A stretch of DNA of 64,000 bases from Octopus vulgaris (Eukaryota), in contig OX597832.1 of assembly GCA_951406725.2 (NCBI GenBank), positions 30,814,001 to 30,878,000 on the forward strand, in the 5' to 3' direction. Both the position numbers and the translations under genes were made by a program. A model generated the notes under the pieces. That model saw only the letters and a list, made by a program, of their open reading frames with translations, had not been told where the DNA came from and searched no databases. Positions 1 to 12,539 of this stretch are shown here, one piece after another; position 1 is the first letter of the stretch; every line of letters begins with the position of its first letter.

Positions 1-1542
1 CACAAGAACTGGTGAAGTATTATGACCAGAGAGGTTTGCTAGATTGTATAGGAAGAGCAAATGACAAAAAAATTGGTGGGGGTTGGGGAACCAGTGTGTG
101 TGTGTGGCATGAGAAGCAAAGGAAAGCTATTGTAGGGTATGTTGTTGAAAATTAAGCCAGCTAAGCTGTGATTTCTCCTGAGAGTAGCATGCAATGTGCT
201 TTCATCATTAACCAATCATAAATGACAGGTCTGTGTCAACACAGTTGTCAGTGGTGTCAAGGCTGGAACAGAGCAAGTTATGACAGCACTTGGTCGGTTT
301 CCAGAGAAAAAGTAATGCAAGAGGGAAGTGAAGACCCAGAGTTCAAAACAAGTGACTTCTAGAAGGTGCAGGTAGAATCAGAATAAAGTATTTGGCATTT
401 CCAAGCCATATTACAAGAATATATCAACGGTCCACTTGATGCCATGGGTTTGGCTGACACAAAACAACATGCCTTGATTCTCTGGTTAATGGTTACCTTG
501 GAAAGGCAATATGGAGTGAAAAGAAGTTCTGAGAACATTCGTTTCTCCACTTTTTTTTGCTTTTTTTAAAATATATATTTTGGCAAAGGACCACGGCTAG
601 AAACGTTGACATTCTTGCTTCTTCATTACAATAAAATTACTTTGTTCTTAACCTTTTTACCTTCCCAACTTTCCACTCTCTTTCTCCCTCTATATCTCTG
701 TAACAATAATTGTCACTTTACCCACTTTTTCCTTAATTGCAGTCTCTTTTCTTTCCCACTTTTCTGCTCTGACACTCTCTCCCTATCTCTCTTTCTCACT
801 GCACTATTGTTTTGTTTTGTTGCATAAAATACGAGGCACTCAAAGTTGCATATAAAAGCATGAGGATGGCAGTGAACAATACGTTAAGCGGAAATGGGAT
901 GTGGGTTCGTTTTTAAACCCACGATGTCCCCCCCACCCCCGGTGGGCATTAGACTACAAAGAAATAGTAGCACAGAGAGCAGAAAATTGCGAGAAAAGCA
1001 TCAAAAGCTGATAGAGACAAATGAATCTTTAGCATGTTGTAAAACAAAATAATTGTCAGAGGAGGGATTGTAGCAACTCCTGGTTTAGCAGATTTTACCG
1101 GAAAGGGAAAGGTGTGTTACGATGTGGTCCAAAAAAGTTAGGACACTCCCTTTAGTAAGCAATCATACTACTCGGTACCGTTGGAAATCATTTTTGATTC
1201 CTAAGTCGACGGCCGGCGAAGGAGAAGCCGCTCACAGGAAATAACGATGTGTTCATACTAACACTAAAGTAAGTTTTTTTACACACAAACACTAACACAG
1301 GACGAAACCTTATCGCTTTCGTTACAAGGATGCGATGCAGACTCCACCACCACCACCACGACTACTCTACTCTCGTTTCTTTCTTCTACCTCATTCTAAA
1401 CCTTTTATTTATCAACTAACATCACTTATCAACACACCATTATTTCCCTTCCCTCACACAGTCCATGTACAAACATGAAGAACAAGCAAGAACCGGCAGA
1501 GCACACAAGACGCATGGCCATTACCTCGCACGGCTGTATAGA

Positions 1543-2536
1543 GTGACGTCACAAAACTCTTCCTATTCCCCCGAGTGTTACCCCACTTTCCCCCTCCTTC
1601 TTTAAGTCTAGCTCTCACTTTTACCCCCTACACACACTAACTTTATACTCTCTTTCTCTCCCACTCAAGCTTTGTAGTAATACCGGTCACTTTTCCTCCC
1701 ACTTCAACTCTCAATCTATCATACCCTCTCTTTTTCCATTACCCGGCTCTCCCCCTCTCTCTTTCAATGTCTCTCTATCACACACACACCATTCATTCTC
1801 TCTAATAATATCTTTCTTTATCTCTCACTTCCGGCCCCTCCGCCACTCTCACTCACACTCTCTTTTCCCCTTCTTCTCCCTCGTAATACACACCTTGGCC
1901 AAAAATATATGTCTATCACATAATCTCACTTCCGCTCTTACTTCCACTCTCACTCTCACACTCCCCTTCTTCCACATAAATACATTCTTTATTTCCTCCC
2001 TTTTACTATCTCTCCTTTTTTTTTAATCACTAACTTTCTCTCCCACTGCAACTCTTACTTTTCACCTCTCCCCATTATACTCTCTCTCTCTCTTTCACTT
2101 CTCCAACTTTTAAGTTACCTCCCACTTCCACTTGCCCTCTCTGTATCTCTCTCTCTCTCTCTCTTTCCATCTGTTAATCTATCTTTCTTTATTCTTACTC
2201 CTATGACAGCTGCCTACTCCCATCGTCTCTTAATACTCACTCACTCACTCTCTCTCTATCATTTTTATCTTCGCTCTCAATTATCTTTCTATCTTCCTCT
2301 CTTCTATCTCCCACTTCAACTCTCAAACTACCCCTCTCATACTCTATTTCCCTCTCTCTCTCTCTCTCTCCCTCTTCGTTCTCCCTCGCTGCCTCTACTA
2401 GCACTCTCCCTCTCACTCGGCCTATAGTTCACCGTCGCCCGTCTTGTTCAGCAGCCCGTAGCGTGAGGTCAACAGCGGAAGGTAAACGGTAAACGTAGCG
2501 TGAACACTTAATCAACAAAACGTCTTCCCATCAAAG
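1543..2536 (+). promoter_or_regulatory. Putative TMEM214 promoter and 5' region
   Basis: Palindromic GTGACGTCAC (CRE) at 1543-1552; ETS-like CACTTCCGG at 1826-1834; about 0.9 kb pyrimidine-rich tract; CpG-containing segment with repeated CGTAGCGTGA just before the ATG. Confidence 0.5.
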
Positions 2537-2663
2537 ATGGCTACATCAGTGGGTTCGTGGGAGGTTGTGAAGGGCAGCAAGAGCAAAAAAGGCAAGAATG
2601 AAGTGTTGACCAAATCCCAGAAAAAAGCTCTGCTAGAACGGATGCCGAAACTACAACCAAAAG
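2537..2663 (+). CDS. TMEM214: TMEM214 exon 1 (MATSVGSWEVVKG...PKLQPK)
   Basis: Start context aaagATGG; donor AAG|gtaagg, phase 1. Confidence 0.9.
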
Positions 2664-2694
2664 GTAAGGTTTCAAAAAAGAAAAGAAAAAGAAG

Positions 2695-2775
2695 CATACA
2701 TGCATATATACATTGCTTATGCATACATGTATGTGTGTATATATATGTTGTATTTGCGATGTTGTATATGCATAC

Positions 2776-2808
<33 letters not shown>

Positions 2809-3042
2809 GTTCTATATGCATACGTGAGTGTGTGTATGTTACATATGCATACGTGTATGTGTGTACATATATGTTGTATATGCATGCATGTGTGTATGTG
2901 TATGCGTACATGTATGTATATATATATATGTGTTGTATATGCATACATGTGTGTATATATATGTTCTAAATGCTTACGTGATTGTGTGTATATGTTACAT
3001 ATGCATACGTGTATGTGTGATGTGTGTATATATATATATACA
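2695..3042. repeat. Compound (TA/TG) microsatellite
   Basis: TATATGCATACATGTGTG-type repeats; source of several spurious ORFs. Confidence 0.9.
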
Positions 3043-4531
3043 TTCGTATCTATCGTCATCATCGAATTGTGTGTTTTATAATCGGTGATAAGGTTTTACC
3101 CAGTGTTTCACTTCTATGTAACTATTTGTGTATATATTAAGAGATGAGATTAATTTTCTGACAATGCTTTACGGTTTTATCAATTTTAATGGTTCAAAGA
3201 CAAATTAAACCAGCAATTATGTGAAGGGTGGGCTTTGCTTGGGTTGCAAGAAGCCCCACGATTTGGTTCGGGTTTGCTGTTGCTCCAGGGTTTCTTTTTA
3301 AAGAAGAATAAGCAAAAACGAAGCAAGCATGTTAGACAACCTGATATGTCTGCTCTCGCCCTCCTTTAACAAACCTCGAAGCCTTTCGTTCCTGTGTCGA
3401 AGAAATCCATTATCATCATAGCCATTACCACCAGAATTCTTATCTATTAATCCAAGAAAAAGAGAGAAAAACTGACTGTTTCTCAAGAAACAAGTCCAGA
3501 CAAAAATAGATGGTGATGCCAGCACACCATTGCTGTATGTATGTATGTACGTATGTATGTGTGTGTCTGTGTGGTTCTTTAAAGATTAGAATAACGAATA
3601 TAAAAAGTGTCATCAGCTTCCAGGGACAGGAATGGCATGACTGTCCCCGCCTCCCTTGTGGTGTGTCAATCCCCCCCATCCCAGATGATGCGAGGAAGGT
3701 CATGTTTCCCTTAATTGTTCTTCAGTTTCGTTAAATGTTTCCTCTAAAAAGGGTGGTTTAAATAGAAGAAAAGCTATGAGCTTCCATACACGCATTCCAC
3801 CCATGTCGAACGAGACCATGTTCCGATCAGACAGACCCCACACACCCATAATATTCCAAGATGAATTCGTACAAATGAAATGCCAGCACTTTTGTAGCAA
3901 TCGGCGAACACACACACACACACACGGTCTCATTGTCTTGTGGCAAATACCATATTATTATCTTTATTAAATAAACTAAATTCTTCGCCGCAAATTAATG
4001 TGGTTGTATTTCTGCTTCAGTCAGAAAATATTGACACGTTTCCGAAATTGGTTTGATAAAGGCCAATTGTCTTTGCTGTCTATTCATTTTTTTTTTTTTT
4101 ATCAAATGGTTGTTTTGTCGCTCGGTATCGGCATAAGAGAGTATTACACGACGCAGTTCTCTTTCTCTCTCATCGATATATGTATGTACACACACATATA
4201 TCGATGACAATATGTAATGGTGCAAAACAACAAAAATCATGTCGGAAGCATGTCGTTCTCCCAAAGCCGACTCTCTCCCCCCCTCCTTCCTCTCTCGCTC
4301 GCATGTGCAACGTCATCATTCCAACAGCTGTTATCTCCCGAATAACAAGTACTCCCACAAACTTTCTTATCTCTCGTCTCTCTCTCTCATTCATATATAT
4401 ATATATATATATGTGTATATATATATATAAGTTCAGTAAAAATTTAGATTCAGATGAATATGGTACTTAAGATTAAAGGCACCAGAATTTGGTATGGTTA
4501 TAATCCATATAAATCAAATGGGGTGATTATA

Positions 4532-4690
4532 ATCAAAATAAGCAACAAGGATGTCCAAGGTAGAGTAGTACAATCGTTTCATGCTACTTCATTTAAAAAC
4601 TGATGTAATACTTGCATTGTTTAATTAAATGAAGTAGCATGAAACGATTGTACTACACTGCCTTTGGATATCCTTGTTGCTTATTTTGAT
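4532..4690. repeat. Long inverted repeat (~63-bp arms)
   Basis: ATCAAAATAAGCAACAAGGA..TTCATGCTACTTCATTTAA versus TTAAATGAAGTAGCATGAA..TCCTTGTTGCTTATTTTGAT. Confidence 0.85.
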
Positions 4691-6711
4691 CATATATATA
4701 TATATATATATATACATACACACACACACGCACACATGTATATATGTAGGTATGTACTCTGTGTGTGTGTGTTGAAATTGTTTTTAAACACACGAAAACA
4801 ACAAAAAAAATATATAAATGAACAACTGATTCAATACATTTACTAAGTTAGGAATTTTGCTGAGACTTGGCCTCTTTCATTGATGCTGGCTTATTCAAAC
4901 CGGTAAAACTGCGTAGGCTTTTTGCAATAGAATTACACACACATCACACGTGTGCGTAGATATATAGTTTTTATACATTGAATTAATTTATAAATGACAT
5001 GAAAAGCGCCTAAATCACACACAAACATATGTCAAAGCTTTTCAGTTGGTTTAATAGATTCGTGATATGTAATGTCCATCTGTATAAATCTTCATTAGGG
5101 TGGTTGTTGTTTAATCCCAGGCCAGCTCTGAATAAGTAACCTATGATCAAAGGCGTTCCACCCATGACCATTTCGTCTTTTCGTATATCCAGGACTCAAT
5201 GTTCTTTTTTAATTGACGCGTAGCTATTTGGAGGATGCTTGGCTGCTATTTCTATGTTTGCTCTACATTTTAGATTTTGTTTAATGTTATCTTCTGAATT
5301 TAAATTCCATTGAGGTTGGCTTTGCTTTTCATCCTTTCGGAGTTGGTGAAATAAGTACCAGTTATGCACTGGGGTCAGTGTAATAGACTAGACCCCTCCC
5401 CCAAATTTCAAGGAAAGTACCTAGTGGTCGATGACAGTACCACCTGACTGGTCCTGTGCCAGTAGCACATTAAAAAATACCATTCAGGTGTGGTTGATAC
5501 CAGTGCTGGCTGACTGGTCCTATGTTGGTGGCATGTAATAAGCACCATTCAAGTGCGGTCATTGCCAGTACCCCCTGACTAGCCCTCGTGCCGGTGGGAC
5601 ATAAAAAGCACCCATTACACTCCTGGAGTGGTTGGTGTTAGGAAGGGCATCCAGCTGTAGAAACTTTGCCAGATTGGATTGGGGCCTGGTACAGCCTTCT
5701 GGCTCGCCAGCCTTCAGTCAACCTGTCCAACCCATGCCAGCATGAAAAGTGGACGTTAAACGATGATGATGACATCCATTGCATATAGATGCAGCTTTTG
5801 TTTTTAATCCTTTTTTGCTTTTTGAAATCCTTTCCTTCAAACAGTCGTATGTTGAAATCGGATGAGTGACCACCACCATCATCATTATTATTACTATTAA
5901 GGAGGTGAGTTGGCAGAAATGTTAGCATACCAAGCAAAATGCTTTGTGCATTTCATACATATTTGTTCTGAGTTCAAATTCCGCTGGGGTCCATTTTTTT
6001 CTTCCAACCTTTCGGGGTCAACAAAATATGTACCAGTTGTACACTGAGATCATTACAATCAATTTTACCCCTTCCCAAGAAATTACTGTGGTTTTCATTC
6101 AAGATAAAATCTCTTATAGACAAGCTGTGTTGAAAAACGCAATATATATAGCTGAAGGTGCATGGCTTAGGTTAGGATATTTGGCCCATGATTATCAGGT
6201 CGTGAGCGTGATTCTTGCTGGCATGTTGTGTCCTTGAGCAAGACACTTTATTCCACGTTGCTCCAATCCACTCAGCTGGCAAAAATGAGTTGCACCTGTT
6301 ATTCAAAAGGCCAGCCTTGTTGAATTCTGTGTCACATTGACTCTCCTTGAGAACCATATTAAGAGTGCACCTGTCTCTGGAGTGCTCAACTACTTGCATG
6401 TTAATCTCACTAGCAGGCTACTCCTTTGATCGAATCAACTACAACACTCATTGTAGCCAACAGAAGGCCACCATATTGTTGGAGGAAGATGAAAGATTAT
6501 CCCAGCTGTGAGAAAGCCGGATGCATTTTGGCCTTCCTGGGCCTTGACAATCGTGTACATGCCTAGATAAAGTCTGTCTTCTCTGATCTAGGAAGCAGTG
6601 AATAATTTATCCACTGACATTGTGAATATCTACCACTCTGCATTACAAGTGAAGCCATATTAAATTAAAGCAGCTTTCTATGTATCTTACTTAATATATA
6701 TATATACCCTA

Positions 6712-6919
6712 TTGATAGGCAAGTCGCTATGGTTTTCACCTGAGACAAAATCTCTTATAGAAGCACTGTGTTAAAAAACAATATCTCAGAGAGGGATGAA
6801 AAATGCTCCCAGTGGTGGTTACTGAAGTGCCAAGACAATTCTTTGTTTCCTTCCAATATATGTGTTTTGTAACAACGAGAGATTTTATCTCAGACAATAA
6901 CTGTTGTGTTGCCTGTCAA
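6712..6919. mobile_element. Degenerate MITE-like inverted repeat
   Basis: TTGATAGGCAA..CTGAGACAAAATCTCT versus AGAGATTTTATCTCAG..TTGCCTGTCAA; partial copy at ~6090-6150. Confidence 0.45.
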
Positions 6920-8329
6920 TGGCGTACATGTTAACTCTTTAGTGTTTACACTGAGCATATCCATCCCAAATATTCTGTTTTATGTTCAAATCGGCCAGAC
7001 ACAGCCTTTCACACCTGCCCTACAATGTCATTCTTGAAATAAAACAATCACATTATCCAACTATCAAAGCTACAAGATAATGCATTATTAATTCAAAACA
7101 ATGAGAATAAATAAGCATTATATTTAACGAAGTAATCTGAATGCCAAAAGATTGAGTATAGTGGCTATTTTTGCAATTATTTTTGAATATCATCAACTGA
7201 ACCGTTCCCTTCAATTAGAAACCATTTCGACTGATCATTAGTAGAATTAGTAAACTGACAAAGAAAATGCCTTTGTGTTGTTATATCCTCTTATGTTCCA
7301 AATCCTGCTGAAGTCAATTAAAAGAAAGAAAAAACTTGGGATTGTTATAATCTACACTATGTACCATTCCTTAAAGTGTACGGCCTCGTGACTATTACAA
7401 CAACACTCGTGACTATTATAGCAACTATCATCATCAGCATCATCATCATAATTATTATTATTATTACTGTTAATTTTGCCTTCGGTTGTTATTGGGTTAA
7501 AATATGCAGTCAAGTACTGAGATGTTTGTATTGCTATAATTAAGTCCACAACAGTAAATAATTTAATTAGCCAAATAAACTTAGGGCATGATTTATAAAG
7601 AACAGGGTAAATAATCCACTTTTAGGAACCTTCAGTTGTCTATTATAAGTTTGTGTTGTGGTTCACCATTATTATACAAACACTACAGGTGGGACATGGC
7701 TCTGTAGGAAGAAGTTTGTTTCCTAACCACAGGGTTTTGGGTTCAGTCCCACTGTGTGGTACCTTGGGCAAGTGTCTTCTGCTATAATCCCAGGCTAACT
7801 GAGGCCTTGTGAGTGAATTTAAGCAGATGGAAACTGGAAGAATCCCACCGTGTGTGTGTGTGTACACACGAACTCGAAGCCAAAAGTCACGTATTTGGCA
7901 TGGGAGGCTATTTTATGGGTTTTGAAGACAGAAAAAGATAAATGGTTTACAGAAGACCATCAGTCATGTAATGATGTTTATCACATGCACACAAATGAAT
8001 CACCAGCACCGTCTTGGCCTATGCCAGCGTTTTGGCCGATGCTAGCGCTGCCTTGACTGGCTTCTGTGCTGGTGGCACGTAAAAAGCACCAACCGATCGT
8101 GGCTGCTGCTAGCCTCCCTGGCACCTGTGCCAGTGGCACATAAAAATCACCCACTACACTCACAGAGTGTTTGGCGTTAGGAAGGGCATCCAGCTGTAGA
8201 AACGCTGCCAGATCAGATTGGAGCCTGGTGCAGCCTCCTGGCTTCCCAGACCCCGGTCGAACCGTTCAACCCATGCTAGCATGGAAAACGGACATTAAAC
8301 GATGATGATGATGACACCCGCCAACAGAA

Positions 8330-9560
8330 AGTAGATAGAAATGATGTTTGGAGACAGCAAAAAGAGGACAGTCACTTGCAAACTGATTACCCTCAAGCTG
8401 GAGCTAAAAGCTGTCAGTGAAAAACTCCATTGGAAGAGAATAACCGAGAGAAGAAGAATAAGCGAAATATTTAACCAAAACCAGGCAGCAGTATACAGAG
8501 ACATGAGAAGGAGGAGCAGTGGACATCATTGAAGCTCCAAGAGAAAACAGACTTTTTGTGGAGGAAAATCTAGAGTGAAGAGGAGGAGTTTAACCAAGAT
8601 GCTCTGTGACAGGAAGAAATCTGAAGAAGTCATTGCTCTTGTGTTGCATCCAAGATATACAACATTGATGGTGAAACTCTTGCAACCGTGATTCAAAACC
8701 TTCAAGATGGAAAATCACCTGGAAGAGACTTGATTGTTGGATATTGGTACAAGAAGCTTACCTTCTACTGACCATATCTTATCAATCCGTACCAGCAAGC
8801 TCTCATTGGAAACAGCAGCATACCACACAGGTTAGCTCTGGCAGAGATGAAATTGATCCCCAAATGCAGAACCACCCCCGTGGCAAAAAAACTACCGGCC
8901 AATTGGATGCCAGAACTTAATGTACAAGTTATATACAGCATATTTAAACCTTTTCCTCCAGGACCACTGTGAAACCAATAACATCACAGAAGAACCAGCA
9001 GCTGGGAAGAAGGGGGTCTGGGGATGTTCCGAGCAATTGTTAATCAACCAAACTGTGATGTCAAGTGTGAGAGCATAGGAGGAACCTAGTTTCAATGTGA
9101 TTAGACTACAAGAAAGCCTTTGACTCTGTTCCCCACTCATGGATACTAGAAGCCCTTCAACTTGCTAAAGTTCCAGTGAGCATACTCAAAGCCATAGCTG
9201 ATCTGACTTCGTTGTGGGCCCCTATATTGAAATTAAACATAAAGAGTGATTGTATTATCACTGATAGAATACAGTATTGCACAGGCATATTCCAAGGGGA
9301 TAACCTCTCTGTGATGTCGTTTATACTTTCTGTAAACCCCTTGTCATTCATGTTAAGGAAGTCAGAAGGAAATCTCACTGGTTCACAAGGAAACAGAAAT
9401 ACCAAAATTACAAACTGTTTCTTTGTGGATAACTTAAAACTTTATGCGAAGAATATGCAAGAGATGAAAAAGAGCCTTAACCTGGTTACAACATTCTCAA
9501 AGGATGTAGGGTTGGAGTTTGGTCAGGATAAATGTTATATAGTTGTAAAAATGGGGGGAA
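8330..9560 (+). mobile_element. Degenerate non-LTR retrotransposon RT fragment (R4/Dong-like)
   Basis: NYRPIGC (~8890), DYKKAFDSVPH (~9104), GIFQGD (~9284), FFVDNLKLYAKN (~9418). Stops and frameshifts are present and the catalytic DD is changed to DN. Confidence 0.85.
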
Positions 9561-12539
9561 ATATTTTCTTCCATGGGATCAAGAGATTAATATTTTGATA
9601 AACGAATGTGCTGGGTGAGGGATGTCTAGGAATTATTTGATTAATGGTCACTGAACTTCTTTTTTGCTTTTTTTAATTTTCACGTTTAATTCAGTACAAA
9701 TCATAGAAGGTGCATTTCCAGAGCATTGTTATGCGGTGAAGGAGCATGCTTTCCAATGACGTGGTCTTGGGTTCAGTCCTACTGCATGGCACCTTGGGCA
9801 AGTGTCTTCTACTATAATCTAGGCTGACCAAAACTTTGTGAATGGGTTTAGTAGATAGAGGTTGAAAGAAGCCCATTCTATACATATGTTTGTCCCCTGC
9901 ATCTCTTTCCAGCTGAGTGTTCCTAATCTTGTGGGCCCATGGGTGCTGGTGGCACATAAAAAGTACCTGTACCAATGCCACATAAATGCTGTTGCTGCAT
10001 AAAAGCACCGAGTACACTCTGCAAAGTGGTTGGTGTTTGGAAGGGCATCCAGCTCTAGAAACCCTGCCAAAACAGACAACTGGAACCTGGGCAGCCCTTC
10101 AGCTGGCCAGCTCCTGTCAAACTGTCCAACCCATGCCAGCATGGAAAACGGATGTTAAATGATGATGATGATAATGCATGCATGTGTGTTTGTGCCTGTT
10201 AGCGTCCAGGCATTGAGTGAGGATTGTAAAGGAATATCATATTTATTATTATAAACAAGGTTGTTCACTTCCAGTCTTCCGTGAAGACTTGTCTAGCCAT
10301 GCGGAAATATTACCTTGCTTAGAAACAGGTGAGAATTGGTGACAGAAATGGCATCCAGTCATGGAAAATCTGCCTCAACAAAGTCTCTTTCGATTCATGC
10401 ATGCATGGAAAAGTGGAAGTTGAGGATGATGATCTTGTAATGAGCATTGCCAAAAAGGTTTCCTGCTACTCTTGTTGGTGAGTGATTCGTTTGAAGATAG
10501 TTGCCTACACACATGGCAGTTGGAAAGATCTTTCAACAAATATTTATCAGACTTCCCATTTGATGGATTGTGTATATAGGACTTCCAATTTTAAGCCTTA
10601 ATTAAATAAATTCTATCCCATTGCCTGGTACCATTGTCAATAGAACATTAAATCTAGAAAAAGTTTTAAAAATCAAAAACATCTCATGTTTTCTATGCTT
10701 CTACTGGAACTTATAATGGCTTTAATCCAAATAATGGCTCTGTCAACTATGTTCTAACTTTTCCAGTAACTTTGCCAAGGCTGTGACTCGAGCCATTTAT
10801 CAGTACAAGGGGCACCTTTCAACCCTTTTGTTAGCCTGTGTTTCAATTGATTTTGAAACTAATAAAGAATTTAGTAAAATAACTTTGACATTAAGAAGCT
10901 GATACTTTGAACACAAACAGGAAATTTTAATGGTAAGTTTTCATTTAGATCACTTTAAAACGGGACTTTTGTATCATAGAACCACGAGTGGTCTTGGGTG
11001 GGGGTTGGTATCAAAAATGTTAAAAACCTGATTTTAGCCTGCATGTCATAAGAGATCTGACAAGGTCTTCAATATCTCTCACCCAAGATTAGGCCCACAA
11101 ACACAAACCCTTGTCATGGTAGTCCACGGTACCATGCAAAGGGATTGCACCTGAAACCACACAGCCATGGATGTTGTTTTATAATAATCCCACCATTGTT
11201 TTCTATGATCTACAGTTGTGGGTCACAGCAACATGATTTGAATATTTGTGTGTGTGTGTAGCCTTGTGAATGAACTTCATTGTCACACAAGCAAGGTTGT
11301 TTGTTTCCAGTCTTTCATGAAAAACCTGTCTAGCTTTGTGTAAAATATGACCTCGCTTGGAAAAAGGGCATTCAACTGTGGAAAAACTGCCTCAAAAAAT
11401 CCCACCTGACCCCTGCACACATGGAAAAGGGGACAATGAATGATGAGGGTACTCAATGTATGATTGACTCAAGATTTTGCTTTTCAATTACGAACTTCTT
11501 GGTTCAATCTCTTCTGTGCTTTTTTTTTTTTTTTTTGCTACATTCCTGTATTGTGTTGTTAGAATAATTGAGTCTGTAAAAATTGTATGGCAGTCTGCTA
11601 GAGGGAGGAACTTGGTAATTTCAAAGCCCAGCCTTGTCATACACAGTGTGCCACTGATTCTAACCAAGGATTGTGTGTATATATATATATGTATATAATA
11701 ATAATCATCATCATCATCATCATCGTTTAACGTCCGTTCTCCATGCTAGCATGGGTTGGAGGGTTCGACTGAGGATCTGGGAAGCCAGAAGGCTGCACCA
11801 GGCTCCAGTCTTATCTGGCAATGTTTCTACAACTGGATGCCCTTCCTAACGCCAACCACTTAACTGTCCTAGGACAGTTGCAGGATGAGTTGAAATGATG
11901 ATTGTACGAAATAGTTTTACCAATTCCATCTTCTGTTTACTTAATCGATTATCTTAACTAATACGGCAGAATTCCTGAAGCAGATCCAAATGAAATATAC
12001 TCAGACTTCAGATGACATCAGGTAGCCCAAACTGTGCTAGTGCTTTACTCAACATACCAGCACACTAATTGATGTATTCTCATTAGTCAAAAATATTACA
12101 TGCACACACACACACACACACACACTCAGTGGTGTGTATTTGTATATACGTGTGTACACATACGTATTGTATTTATGCATGTATAAGCAAATGTCTTCTA
12201 TAAGTCCTGTACTGAGCATAGTCTTTGGAGTGGATTTGGTAGATGGAAACTGAAAGAAGCCCCTCTTGCTCTACAGAAGTTGTGATAACAACATGGTGGT
12301 CATGTTAGTACCAGTTCTCTTTTCAACAACTCATCCATTGCTTTTGTGCCTTGTGCATCTTGTAGAATGAAAGGTCCCTCAGTTGAAAAATTGTGTAAAG
12401 GTTAGTAACAGGAAGAGCATCCAACTGTAAAATGAACGACATATTTGTCTAACCCATACTAGCATGGAAAACCAGACGTTAAAATGAATTAACGAGTGAT
12501 CTTGTAATTAAATTGTAAGAAGTGAACACTCAGAAAATA

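Noticed and set aside
1-560. Possible coding sequence at the window start
   Set aside because: Only short open frames; no recognisable protein or splice structure.
2541-3088. Overlapping Tyr/Ile/Cys/Val ORFs
   Set aside because: Translations of TA/TG microsatellite; the same applies at 47946-48255, 49727-50126 and 51915-52277.
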